Shown: positions 1 to 13,570, counted from the stretch's first letter. The stretch: 64,000 nt of DNA from Camelus dromedarius (GCF_036321535.1 NC_087438.1:9054001-9118000), one strand, 5' to 3'. Notes: generated by a model from the letters alone, not told the origin. Numbers and translations: made by a program.

Positions 1-1817
1 TTGCAAAGCAATGCCAAATTTTTCTTTAAGTAGAAATTTTTGTTTTAAATTACCTTTAAGGTTTTTTTTTTACAAATAAGAATGCTTAACAATTAGAATA
101 TCAAAATATGAATCTCCCTAGCTATCAGTAATAAGCAATATATGCAGCCTCTGGAGTTATTCTGAAAGTTGCAATTAAAGCTGTGATTTTCATAAATGTT
201 TGATAAACATTTTACTGTTCAGAAATTTAACTCAGTTACCAAAACATATATCTGTATTTATCTTTGATTTTACAGTAGAGTATTTTAGTTTCCATCTACT
301 TTTTTTATGCTTTACAATATTGATAATTATTCTTTCCTTCACTGATTATGCTGTTTCATTATTAAACTATGTGAGCAGTGATTTGCAATTTTTTTTCCTT
401 TGAGACACTTATTGCCCATATTCCACATAATTCCTCTTTCCTCATCACCGCCCTTATATTTTTTCCCTAAGATAAATCTTATTACATCACTTCTCTCCTT
501 AAAAATCTCACAAACTTCTTTTTTCAATAACGTTATTGTCTGGTCCCAGTTCAATGAACTGTCACATACAAAGAGCACTGGCAGCACCTGCAGATAGTAG
601 TGTTCAAAACATGTCAGTCCCTTGAATAACTTTATCCCACAACACTCCACCTCATCTATCATTTACTCCGACTATAGTGAACCCTCACTGTTATCTGAAC
701 ACAGTTCCAAAGGCATCCTTCTTCACCACGTTATGCCTTTGTACATGTTATGCCCTCTGCTTCAAACACCTGTACTCACCCTTGACCTTTTAATGGTTTC
801 ACAGTAAAGATCCAGTGTGTTCCTGATGTGGAGCAGTTACTTCCTCCTCTGAATTCTCAGTCCTTTGCTTGAAAAAAGCTAAAGCAGTGGTTTACATGTC
901 TTGTCATTTGTACATTTTCAACACCCATAAAAGCATTGCATATATTTAGGACTGTGAGTGATTTCTGAAACCATGGCATCAAAATAACATAGAAATGTAT
1001 TTATGGAACTAAATAAACTCTGGTTAGCCTTTAGAAGTAGTTCCAATGGGCTCATTTATAAAATATATTTCTACCCTTTAAATATTGACATCCCTACAGC
1101 TGGCCTTGTAAACAATTCAACTGGCAAGAGAACCAGGTACTATAGGAGAAAAAATGATTTTTAGATGCAATATGATTGTGTGTTAGACTAAGATGACATG
1201 TGGCAGGTATTTAAAAAGTCTTTGCACTGACAATTTACTACAAATTTGAATATCTTACAAATGACTTTGGATAATGTTCTTTCAAAGACAGTTCCCAGAG
1301 TGTGTGCTAGAAACTGTGAGTGGATAATCCTCAACCCAGGTGACACATCGGGACCTGGGGATCTCAAGAGTTACAGGACAGCAAGACATGAAGAGGCGCC
1401 TCAGGTGTGTTTAGATTGTAAACACTTCAGTCGTCTTGAGGAGCACTTTAACCCATCCTTCGCAGAGAGCTGCTAACACACTTAGTGTAACCCTGTGGCC
1501 TATTTTTTGCTTATTGAGAAATGTAATTTCCAGATGTGCTTTTGGTTATGCCAAAATTTTGCAGTCAACATATTTACAGGTGGCACAAAGTACAGAAATG
1601 TGACTGACAATTTGAGTGTCAAACTAAAAGTTTAATCATAATATAGACATTGAACTTAAAAATCACACAGTACTAAAAGCATTATATCAAAAACATCCGT
1701 TTTTTTTTTTGTAATCCACATAACCATGCCCAGCCTGTTTCCAAGAATTAGTGACTTTCACTTCTACATTTTGATCTCTCTATTTTAGGCAATATGTCTA
1801 TGATTTTTCTTCCTTAT

Positions 1818-2372
1818 TGTGGGAGCCCATGATTGGGTTAACACATTGTAACAGACCCCAGCCGCTTATCTCCTTAAAGAAGAGCAAATGTGCTTAGTAA
1901 CCGACTTGCTTGCATAGTTGAGGTTTTAGCAACGACCCAGGCCCTCAGCTGTAAACGCTGGGCGTGCCTGCTGTTAGATAGTCTTCTATCCCCAAAACAG
2001 CCTTGGGCTGGAATGGTAAACAAGTTATAAAAAGCTGCAGACTCAGAGGTGAGAAGGCTGGTTAGCCAGTGACCGGTAAGATCCCCTGAGGGGGGCAACC
2101 TGAGACAGGCACAGCCTGAGCAGCTGATTCTCCTGCGTTCCACCCTGGTAAGCTGAAAGGCTCAACACGAATATGATTTACCAAAAAGGGCCTTCTGACC
2201 TTGAGCCAAACGCCAACAATAAGCAAAGCCTTTTTACTCATTGTGATCCCACCCTGTCCTTCCCTAAATTCCTGCTTTCCTGCTTCGACTGTACTCAATA
2301 AATATGGGAGCATTTGAGAGGCTCGTGGAGTTGGCTCCCGACTCCCTCTCGCTCTTTTGACTTTTTTCCACA
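1818..2372 (+). mobile_element. ERV-K/betaretrovirus-like LTR, left palindrome arm, missing the last ~55 bp of U5
   Basis: Starts TGTGGG right after CCTTAT (1812-1817). TATAAAAA at 2026-2033. AATAAA at 2297-2302 in 'caataaatatgggagcatttgagaggct', resembling the ERV-K LTR poly(A) region. Reverse complement of 2454-2994. Confidence 0.8.
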
Positions 2373-2398
2373 AAAACCAACGAACAAAAAAACCCAGT

Positions 2399-2994
2399 TG
2401 TGGGTTCTGGCCAGCAGAAGTCCCACCGAGACGGAATGAATTACTCACGACTCTGTGGAAAAGTCAAGAGAATGAGAGGGAGTCAGGAGCCAACTTCCTG
2501 AGCCTCTCAAATGCTCCCATATTTATTGAGTACAGTCGAAGCAGGAATTTAGGGAAGGACAGGATGGGATCACAATGAGTACAAAGGCTTTGCTTATTGT
2601 TGGCGTTTGGCTCAAGGTCAGAAGGCCCTTTTTGGTAAATCATATTCGTGTTGAGCCTTTCAGCTTACCAGGGCGGACGCAGGAGAATCAGCTGCTCAGG
2701 CTGTGCCTGTCTCAGGTTGCCCCCCTCAGGGGATCTTACCGGTCACTGGCCAATCAGCCTTCTCACCTCTGAGTCTGCAGCTTTTTATAACTTGTTTACC
2801 ATTCCAGCCCAAGGCTGTTTTGGGGATAGAAGACTATCTAACAGCAGGCACGCCCAGCGTTTATAGCCGAGGGCCTGGGTCATTGCTAAAACCTCAACTA
2901 TGCAAGCAAGTCGGTTACTAAGCACATTTGCTCTTTAAGGAGATAAGCGGCTGGGGTCTGTTACAATGTGTTAACCCAGTCATGGGCTCTCAGA
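2399..2994 (-). mobile_element. ERV-K/betaretrovirus-like LTR, full length (596 bp), right palindrome arm
   Basis: Minus strand reads TCTGAGAGCCC...AGAACCCACA (canonical CA end; TG start reads TC). Minus-strand TATA at 2782-2789 and AATAAA at 2522-2527. CCTTAT follows at 2995-3000. Confidence 0.8.
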
Positions 2995-3263
2995 CCTTAT
3001 GTCATCAATTTTAAACAGCATTCATCTTTTGGCTTTTAATCTATTGGTTAAAGGATTTCTCTTGGTTAGACAAAAATTCTCATCTCTGTTTTCCTCAGTT
3101 ATCTAAAATTCAGCTCCATTACAGTATTTGGTTTTATGCTCTTATTATTTTACATTATTATCACATTGAGGATCACATTCGATGTTGGCCCAAGTGATCT
3201 AGTATGATTGTTCCCCTTTCTGTATAATTTTTGTTTTTCCTTTAATTAACAAATTAAATTAAG

Positions 3264-3295
<32 letters not shown>

Positions 3296-3639
3296 CCATA
3301 GCAGCTGCTAAACTACTCTTGAAAGAACTGTCAATCACCTAGAAGTTACTGTTCGGATGTTTAAACATTTTTTCAATGGTTTGTCAGTGCTGTTTCATTG
3401 GGTCGTTTGCAGTAACTCCCTCACCAAGGATGCTACGCTTTTGATATGACTTGGTCTCTAGACCTGGCATTCACTCTACCATTCTCTTCAGCTGAATCTT
3501 CTGTTTCTTGGGTTACAAGTCTTGGTTTTTAATTTGCTTCCTCTTCTTAGTGGCACGTGCTCTCCAGAAGTTTCATGTGTAAGAGGAGGGGCCCTGCGCC
3601 AGTTGTGATGGACTGCGCTGTGCAGCATTAGGATATGAC

Positions 3640-3990
3640 CGCCAAGTCCCAGGACTTCACAAACAAGCGACCCTTTTAACTCGGGCTGCTTTTCTAACAG
3701 GCGACAGCAAGGAGCTCTGCTCACTGTGGTCCACCAGGGACCCAGGCTGCTGCAGGCTTCTGTTCCACAAGCTTCCACATCCCCCCAGAGATGGGAGCGG
3801 AAGGAGGATGTGGCCAACCTCACATTGGCTTTGAAAGCCCTGAACAAGAAGGAGCACACTTTATTTTCATTCACATTTTCTTAGTCAAAGTAAGTTAGAA
3901 GACCAACAGATAGATGTAAGTATGGAAGAAAATCCTACTGCGGGCTTGGGAAATACTGGAAATATTTAGGGAAACAGAAATTAGGACCCA
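3640..3990. mobile_element. Old MaLR LTR (MLT1-like)
   Basis: MLT1-type phrases such as 'cagggacccaggctg' and 'ttcacattttcttagtcaaagtaagt'. Boundaries approximate. Confidence 0.55.
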
Positions 3991-5999
3991 AACCATAGTC
4001 AACCTCTGTGAAGTTCCTTTGAGATCAGCTAGTGCTTTGATGCCTGTTAGACTGCTTGGGTTCTCCCCACCAAGTCAAAGACAGAATTAACTTCCATTCT
4101 GATGCTTTCATTACCCAGTTACTTTCACATTTAGCCACTCCTCCTTCAATGCCATGTGCAGATAAGGACATTAACTTATCTCTCTGACCACACAGATGGT
4201 GTCATCATCCATCTCTTACACAGAACATGACAACACCCACCCATACTCAATCTAATTCATTTCTTCATCTCTCTTTTCAGACAACATTGCTTAGCAACCT
4301 AGGACATTTTTTCCCCTATACCCACTATACCAATGATGTTCTGCTTGTCCCAGCTCCCCTATGCTCGTGACCTTTAAAAACAATAACAAAGCCTGTAATG
4401 GCCAAGTTATGAGATTACTGAGAAGCAATTTCAGTAAGATGTATGTTTATATAATCATCTTGCCTTGAATGCCCCGTGTGTCTCCAAATGACTAAAATCA
4501 CCAACTTAATGTGATCACTTGCTCCATTGCCGTGTTTTGTCTGGGGTCAGAATTGGAATGTGAGTGAGCTTCAGTTATTCAGTGCACAGTTCCACTGCCT
4601 CTTATAGATCTAACTTCCAGATTTTTTTTTCAATTATTGGGCTACTAAACATGCTTTCAGTAATTTCCCCAGAAGCCTGAAATATTAAGGCACCCTCCAA
4701 AACTGGGGCTAGTCATGCCCACATTGAAAACAAAAATTTCAGTCTCATTACCAAGTTATTGGTAAAAATGCCAAAAGGCTATTATAATTGTTTCTACTTT
4801 AAACTGACATTGAACTATTTGTCTCTCCTCTTTAGCATAATCCTTCTATCATTTGGAAATCCACAAAGCTGCATCTAAGCCTAAATGATTTTTAACTTGA
4901 TTGATGAGTAGATCGTTTTAGACAGAATCAAAGCCTTCTTTACAGTTAATTTCACTGCCATGAGAATATTATTTTTCTCAGTAATAGGGAGCTGGAGGAA
5001 AATATTCACAATTTAATGCACACTGGTTGCAGTGAGTAATGCAAATGCACCCAATGATTGATGATCTATTTATCCAATGTCAGACACTTTGAAACATTCT
5101 TTTAGCAGTGTGTTCTGAAAAAAAAATCTACTTGTGTATGTAGGAAAACAAGGATATCATTTTATTTAATTTTTAGTAAATAAGAGATACGTTCAAAACT
5201 CCAAAGCGAAGGACCAATGTCTTACCTCAGTAAAGGCCTGGTATAAAATAATATAATAATGCAATCACAGTGTCATCTTAAAACATCCAGCACCATGATA
5301 CTTGCAAAACTTCACACAGTTCAAAAGCTTAGGAATAAGAGTTCGGTTGCTATTTCAACGTTGCATGATAGCTCTTCAGTGCATAGTATTAAAGATAGTT
5401 GAAGCCTATAACTTATTCCATTTTAACCCATGCCTTTTTAGTTAGAGCTATTTCCTCTTCTTTCAGTTACTGATGATTGAGACTTTGTTTTAGATTTATT
5501 TTAAAATAAGTTCCTTTAACTACTACTCAGCCCCTAATAAAATCACGAAGAGGTAAAGCTTGAGTCCATAAGCCAACATTTTGCCACTAATTAATAAAAT
5601 ATTTCCAGAATGTATCCAATTTTGAGCAGTAATTAGTAAGAGTGAATTTCTTTCCATTGTGGCCTTATTTGAGCAGGAATGATTGCTTTTGTGTCCTCTG
5701 ATTTCTGTAAGTCCCTCCACAGAGTTTTCAAGGTCGCTTTGACAATCCAGGTGTAACCCTCAGGTGTTTATGCCACATATATAAATTGGACATCCCCCCA
5801 TTCAGATATGTCCAAGCTTTACTTACTCATTCATTCATTTATTTTCAGCCATTCACTGATCACCCGCAGATTAATTTTTCCAATGCCGGGTTTTGGACAA
5901 TAGGGAAATAAGCTTTCTTGATACTTCCCTAGGTCAGAAAGATGTTTTCCAGTCTTCTTTAAAGAATAAGGCTACTTTCTTGCAAATTTCTGTCTTGCA

Positions 6000-6528
6000 A
6001 AAGCTTAGGTCAGTTCTGCTTACTATTTTGAAATTGTGCCCATGCCTCTGTAGGTAGACTCTCCCCACTTCACATACTTTTCGCATCAGGGAAGCTGATC
6101 TGTTTTGGTGACATCAAAGCTCTTCCATGACACCTGTCCTATTTTTATTTGGTCAATGGAAAGCACTGTCAGGAACTGAATGGGGAGAGAAAAATGAGGT
6201 CAGTGTGACTAATTATGACCCTGGATCCACCTCTGCCCAGTTGCCTTTCTCTAACTGGCTCTATCTATAGCAGAATATCTCACCACTTATCAAGTGGTCC
6301 TTTCCGCAGAACCCCCTCCATCTCTGCATCCATGTAACACAGCCTTCCTTCTACCCATCAGACACAGGATTAGTAACAGTTCAGGTCAGCAGCCCAGGGT
6401 ACTCTAAGATCCTGTGTGAGCTCGCCACCCTATGTCTATATCTTATTCGATCAATTCTTTAAGTAAAATTTCCTCAAAGTCTCTAATTTGAGTGTGCCAT
6501 GTTTCTTGTTTGGACTGTGATTGATTCA
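6000..6528 (+). mobile_element. Old ERVL LTR (LTR33-like)
   Basis: 3' end 'tttgagtgtgccatgtttcttgtttggactgtgattgattca' and internal 'ggtcaatggaaagcactgtcagga' resemble LTR33. Start approximate. Confidence 0.55.
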
Positions 6529-8339
6529 ATAATCCTAATGCCTAGAATTTATTAATACAGAGATGTATTTGTTTTCTTATTTTGTTTTATCTGGTCAAGC
6601 ATCTCTCTTTCCGTGTGTGTGTGTGTGTGTGTTACAAGAGAGTGAGGACATTCTCTACAACTGTATTGGTAGAAATTTACTACTAATATACACACCCTGC
6701 ATGCCAATGGCAACATGAGTAGTCACTCACGCAGAGCTTAGAAAGAAAATGCTGTATTATCATTTTCCCCACTATGGAGAGTACAGAGCTGAGTCAAAGC
6801 CCAAGGATCAATGGGCTTTTTAGATAAATAAAGAAGAACAAATGGGCAAATCCATCTTAAATTTTGGGGAATGAGCTATTCCTTATTCAACTGATTTTGT
6901 CTTCCATTTTAGGGTAGGAAATTAAATTATTCAGAAAACTTCTTACAATAACTGCTGTGCTTGAAATTGGCTGACACTGTAATAATATATTTCAATTACC
7001 AAAGACCAGGTAAGTAAAATATTTGACTTACAAATTCTCTTATAAATTGTAATGCAGAGAAAAATGATGCCTAAGGAGAGGGTGGTAATGGAGAGAAGAT
7101 CAGTCAAGACGGGTGATTGAAGGAAAGGCAGAAACATGGAGCAGACAACAACTCATGTGGTGATCATTGCTCAAGGCATCTCACGAAGTCCAGGACGTCA
7201 AAGACAGTTCCCTGCAATTTGTGAGATACGCAAGTACACAGTTAGGCTGTAGTTGCTTAAAATTTGTATCAGGAACATCTACTAATCATCCTGAGGTCTA
7301 CATTTTCCTGAGTCAGGTCAGAATGACCCTCGACAGAGAGAAATGGTTTCTCAGTAGCAGGTGCAGACAAACTAATCTAATTTTCCTGAGCCCTGCTCTC
7401 ATCCTAAGATTATTCCTCCTTGTCAAAATATTTTAACTTTTCTTTGGTTTCTTCCAGGAAAAGTTTACTGTAGCAGTGATTCTATTTGGCTATGTAAAGA
7501 CTTTTCCATTTTGCTCCTTCAAGGAGATTTATAGAAAATTTCAGAACTTATTTTATAGAAATAAATATACAAAAGAATTATGCAGAGGGCGTTCTTCAAG
7601 TTTCAGTACAGCAGGCAAAGAAATATTGCCACACAGTATAAGTATTATCAACAGTGGCTTCTGATTCTCAGAAGGAAGATGAAGTTGAAAGATCTAGTAA
7701 GACTTGGTAGCAGGTCAAGCTGAAATGGAAAATATCAATCTGCTCAGAGCTGTATATTAAAAACAGTGGTAATTATGGCTGAAATGTATTGATTGCTCAT
7801 TTTGAGAAAGGTGTAGACATAGTTCAAAGACCTTTCTCTGTACTAACACAGACTTTTTTTTACACATTTTCTTCTCTAGTGACATACTAACATGAATATA
7901 GTATAATTAAAAAAAACCAAAGTAGATAAGGGTAAAATTCCCTTCATTCCACATTTTCCCACATAGACCTAATAAGCATCATTCATTTGGAATAAAATAA
8001 TACAGTTATTTTTGTATTTTCTATATCATAATACACTTTTATATATGTTCAAATATTGTGATATCTCTTTAGGCAGGTTTACACATTATTTTCCCCCCCA
8101 AATTATGCGGGCTATTGTTGATATTTCTGTTCTCAAATTCTTTGGAAATCCACTTGAGATTTTCATTACTTTCTAACATGTTGTATTACTCAGTTTACTC
8201 AGATCTCCTTTTTGCTTGTGAGCTAGAAACAGAAAGAGAAAGAGAGAAATAATAATTCTCATGTAAAGATACTGAAAACTTCCTGTTTGGCTTAAAAAAG
8301 AGAATAAACACATTTTTAGAAAATGCTCTTTTATTCTGA

Positions 8340-8480
8340 GACACACTATCATGTTGGTTTAGAATGTGGACTGGAAGAGCAAATATCCCTAAATTCAAGT
8401 CTTAATTTTGTCCCTAATTGGCTGTTTATTAATATTTCTAAGCCTCATTAACTGCATTATGAAATGAAGACAAATGGTAG
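8340..8480. mobile_element. MIR-like SINE remnant
   Basis: Degraded core-SINE-like stretch 'aaattcaagtctt...ctaagcctcattaactgcattatgaaatg'. Confidence 0.4.
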
Positions 8481-10076
8481 CATCTGAACCAGTCATTTTT
8501 TGAACATAAGTCATAATGCAGTTAGAATAACAGGGGCTTGGAAATGTCAATACTTTTTGTCACCATTCTGTAGAGAGTTAGTTTAGATGACTTTTTATTC
8601 ATAGTACATTTAAGTTGACAGTTGTTTATATTAGATTATAATCTAAGCTCTCAAATAAAAATAAAGAACTTTCTATTTCACCCTGTTGTCCTTTCAAAAT
8701 GTTCCAGGACCATAATGCAAAATGAAAAATTTAACATCTCAGATAAAAAGGACATTAAACCATCCCAAACACTTTATTTCATGCACCCATAAAGATAATT
8801 AGGAGACGGACGGATGGAACTTTGCAAGTGTTTATATTTATAAAATAGATAAAGCAAAATGCATCAAAGAAACAAAATCAAATTATGAAAACAATAAAAT
8901 GCATGCTTAACTTGTTAAATAATGTAAACTATAAAAAAGATATGAACTAGATTTATAAAAATAATTTTAAAAGAGCAGATTCAGGATTCACAAGGCATTT
9001 AAAATAATTAAATAATTATAAGACTAACTATGTTTGTAGGCTATGTTAAAAAAAAATCCAACTAACAAAAAAATAAAAAACCTTTCAAAGACCTTTGTTA
9101 TTTGTACTGACTGGATGTTGAAAAAATATTACTTATATGTGACTTATGGTAATCATTGTGATTCTGGAGATGGCATACTAAAATGGACACAAAAATTCAC
9201 TTTGATAAGAAAAATTATTATACAATACACAAAACGAGGTCTTTTATCGGAGAGATACAGCTCTTCTGCATAAGAATGAGGTGGCATATTGGAATTTCTT
9301 ATATTTGTAGAGATGTGTGAAGTACCAAAAATACTGGAATTGTTCCATATCCTTCAGATGTACTGTAGCTGGTTAAAAACAGGCCTCTCCAAGAACGGAA
9401 GATCTATCTTATAAATTGGCAAGCTTCTAATCCTTGTAAGTATTCATGCAGTGCTTAAATTCCTATTTACTTGTTATGCTGGGAAAATAAGTCTCAAGAA
9501 TTTCTAAACTCTCTTTTAATGATAGAATTTTGTGATGTTATGCCCATGCCAATGACGTCTCACTAGAGAGTATATGCTTAATTTGGATTTAAAATGTAAT
9601 AAACCATGGTTTTACAAACAAATAAACAGTTAATATAAGCAGGGATCAGTAAATATGAGTTTGGAATTAAGGAACAGAAAAGACAAATTGCTATGAAAGG
9701 CTAGGATAATTCTCAGCTCGTATAAATTACATTTTTATATAAAATATGTGTCAGGAAGATTGAAAAGCAGCCCAAGAGGCTTTCTGACTCCAGTTATCTA
9801 TTCACAGTGTTTATTTCTTACTATGGTTGGCGTCCTTGTGGTAATGGGATTACTGCAGTAAAATTCAGGGCAGCATGCTTCCTCATTAAGTCCTGCCAGA
9901 TTATAATGATGCTTCCTGAAATTCTCCCAGAAAAAAAGTAACCTTCTTTCCCAGAAGTTGCAAACTTGCCTCTTTTCACATTATCACTGGCTCAAATAGA
10001 CTGCTCTTTTTTGCTTAAATATTGTAACAAGAGTTATGAAACTGTTCTGATGCATTTTATCACAACTTAGTCCGGG

Positions 10077-10959
10077 AGTTTTGATTTGCATTTTTCTGAA
10101 AATGAAGTATCACCTCACACTGATTAGAATGGCCATCATTAAAAAGCCCACAAATGATAAATACTGGAGCGAGTGTGGCGACAAGGGATCCCTCCTACAC
10201 TGTTGGTGGGGATGTAATTTGGTGCAGACACTGTGGAAAACGGTATGGAGATCCCTTAAAAAGAAAAAGCAAAAAAAAAAAAAAACAAGAAAAAACTAAA
10301 AATAGACTTACTATATGATCCGGTAAATCCACTCCTGGGCATATATCCAGAGGAAACTCTAATTTGAAAAGATACAGGCACCCCAGTGTTCTTAGTAGCA
10401 CTGTTTACAATAGCCAAGACATGGAAACAACCTAAATGTCCATCAACAGATGACTGGATAAAGAAGATGTGGTATATTTATACAATGGATACTACTCAGC
10501 CATAAAAAAGAATGAAATATTGCCATTTGCATCAACACGGATGGATCTAGAGATTGTTATTCTAAGTGAAGTAAGCCAGAAAGAGAAAGAAAAATACCAT
10601 ATAATATCACTTATATGTGAAATCTGAAATATGACACAAATGAACTTACAAAACAGAAACAGACTCACAGACACAGAAAACAAGCTTATAGTTACTGGGT
10701 GGGGGATGGATCAATTAGGAGGTTTGGATTGCAGATACACACTATTATATACAAAACAAATAAACAACAAGGTTATACTATATAGCACAAGGAACTGTAT
10801 CCAATATCCTGTAATAATTTATAATGAAAAAGAATAGGAAAATGAAGATATAAATCTCTCTCTCTATATATATCTGAATCACTATGCTGTACACCAGAAA
10901 CTAACATAACATTGCAAATAGACTGCAAGTCAAATAAGACAAAACAAAACAAAACAAAA
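10077..10959 (+). mobile_element. 5'-truncated LINE-1 (ORF2 C-terminus and 3'UTR) with a 22-bp 5' inversion
   Basis: Encodes [13 protein letters not shown]...[13 protein letters not shown] tail. TSD aacttagtcc(g/t)gga at 10064-10077 and 10960-10973. 10077-10098 is antisense L1. Confidence 0.92.
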
Positions 10960-11499
10960 AACTTAGTCCTGGAAATGGATGTGGAGTCATGTTATGTTAG
11001 AACTCATGTGGTACATGGGAAAAGTGAATATTTGAGTAAAACAAGAGTTCTGTGTGGAGGGAAAAAAGGGAAGGGAAAGAGTTGATTCTGGAGAGGCAGC
11101 AAAAGGTTATACAATAGTCACCAAAGAAGTCAGCTTGTTTAAGTAATACATTTGACAGAAACAAAACATGTACTCCACTTACAAGATGATATTATGGTCA
11201 TATTTTTATAGCCAAATTAGTGGTGGCAACCAAATAGTGAAAATCTCCATAAATCTTTACAAAATCTTCCAAAACGTTTTATGCATCGTACTAAACTATA
11301 TAAAAAGTTATGCCTTCAGCAAAGCTAGAAGAGATGGAATCTTAAAAACTTTAATAAGCTAATAAGTTAAAAATAACTATTTGTAGCAGAGAAAACACTT
11401 GAGGGTGCGTGGCAAGCTGGGAAAGCAAAACAAAACAAAAACAGACAAAAAACAAAATCAACAAATTTAAAACAACAACAAAGGCAGATGGAGAAGAGA

Positions 11500-11700
11500 A
11501 AGCATATTGATACATGGACACCGGTGAGGCAGGCTTGGGAGGGCAGTGCTTCTGAAGGAGAGCGGATATAAAGGAAGCTGGAGGTGAGCTCTGAAACCAG
11601 ATGATGAAAGAAAAAAGGAAACAGGAGAGGGAAGTTCGTGATCCAGAAGGACAAGATGTGGGCAAAAGGTGGAGGGTGAGCAGTAAGTGCACTCAACTGC
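11500..11700. mobile_element. Possible L2 remnant
   Basis: Purine-rich stretch 'gagctctgaaaccagatgatgaaag...ccagaaggacaagatgtgggcaaaagg' resembles L2 3' regions. Confidence 0.35.
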
Positions 11701-11949
11701 ACACTGAAGACTCAAATATAGCAGAGAAGAAGGCAGAAAAATAACACACGAGTGTTTTTCGTACCGTTACAATAGAAATAAAGCAACTAGAACAATGGGA
11801 GAAGAGCAAAGACGAATATAGGTGGAAGGAGAATAAACACGTTAATTGTGTAGGCAGTAGGTGGGAGTAAAGGCACATTTACTTCTGACACAGTGGTAAC
11901 AAAAGATTAAACAAGGAAATAGGAGCATAAGGGCATCAGAAGAGTGTAA

Positions 11950-13570
11950 AACTCAAAGGTAAACAAAACTATGACCATCTTAACTTCCAAAACCATTTAT
12001 AAAAAGCAAAGAAAACACATCACATAATGAAGTAAAACAAACATAATATACACAGAATAATAAGGCAGAGCAGACATCAAACTGATTTTGCCAATAAATG
12101 GAAGTAACATTAACCGACTATTTAAAATATATTTTCAATTTCACTGACGGAGAAAGACCTAAGCGTATGCTGCACGTGAAGCACAAACATGTAACACAAG
12201 ATAATTCGAATGTCTAAAAATAAAGCCTGGTCAAAACACGGAAGGGAGGTCAAAATGAAAGAAAAGCAGGATTTGTGATCTTCATTTCAAACAAATTAAA
12301 ATGGAAGCCAAAAATCACTGAAGGAGCCAAGGAAAGACATGTTTTAATGTTAAAACCAAAATTTAAAATAAAGCTATTAACAGGAATATGCAAGCATCAG
12401 ATAACACAGCTACTTGAAAAATCAGAAACTGCAGTAATTGCGAGGAGCTGTATATGGAAATACAATAATACAAATTTAAAAAAAATACAAGGTGTTAAGT
12501 CAGCTTTATTAGCATAAAATAAATAAAATTAATAAATATAAATAGAGAATACCTAACTACATTTTGATAAGGTGGATAGTAGATGCATGTGCCAAATGAT
12601 ACACTCAGTAATACAGAATAACATGCCTTCTATTCACATGTACTTTGAACACTCACAAAATTACTTACATATAAGGTTATAAAGAGACCATAAGTAAATA
12701 CCAGACGGTATAGTAGAGATACTCTATGCTAGAAACAGTACATTAAAATTAGACATCTAATAAAACTCACAGAACAAAAAGATCATTTTAATGGGAAATT
12801 AAATTTAAAATCTATTAAACAGCTCATGCTTGAAATAGGATATATAAACTAAAATTACAGAATCTGTTAAAAATAATAATGTTAAGACAAACCTATCACT
12901 ATTTATGGAATATGTTTGAAGAAGTGAACACATATTTTAAACTATAAACACTAATGAAAATAAGAAAATACATGAGTAGAAAATGAATTCAAATCCAATC
13001 TCAACAAGAAAAAAAAGCAAAGTACAAAGATAGAAATCATAAATATAAAATCAGAAATCTGAGATAGGAGATAAAAAAAACAGAATCCAATGAAGGTATA
13101 CCTTCTTTTTGATAAAAATAACAAAATAAATAATTCAATATCTAATTTAACCAGTAAAAAATGGAGGACAATGTATATATGTAAAAAAATTAATAATAAG
13201 TTAGGACAAGAAGAAATAATTGTTGAAGTAAAATATACTAAAAATAAAAAAGAATCCTTTGTAATCTTTATGGAAATAAGTTGGAAAAAAAATCAAATAA
13301 TACAATACAATTTGCTAAATTTGACCCATTAAAAAGAAAAAGCTCAAAGAGATCAATTGCTGTAAATGAACAATAAAGTTATTAAAAACCTACACCTCAT
13401 TAAGATGCTCATAGCAGAGAGTTTGGTCTTCCAAGACCCCAGGCTCAATGCTCAATAAATTGTTTTGGAGCATATAAAATGAAGAAAACTGTACAAAGCC
13501 TTTTCATGACACAAGAAAATCAGTAATATCTAAATCTGATAAGACAGCACAAAGAAAGAAAGCCACAGGT
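11950..13570 (+). mobile_element. Highly decayed ancient L1 (L1M-type) ORF2 region
   Basis: Very A-rich plus strand with L1 ORF2-like phrasing; no intact ORF. Boundaries approximate. Confidence 0.6.

Noticed and set aside
1874..2921. Near-identical short ORFs on opposite strands
   Set aside because: They are mirror readings of the two LTR arms, with no recognisable protein motif.
11351..11878. Overlapping 60-113 aa minus-strand ORFs
   Set aside because: Low-complexity F/L/S-rich translations from purine-rich strand bias.
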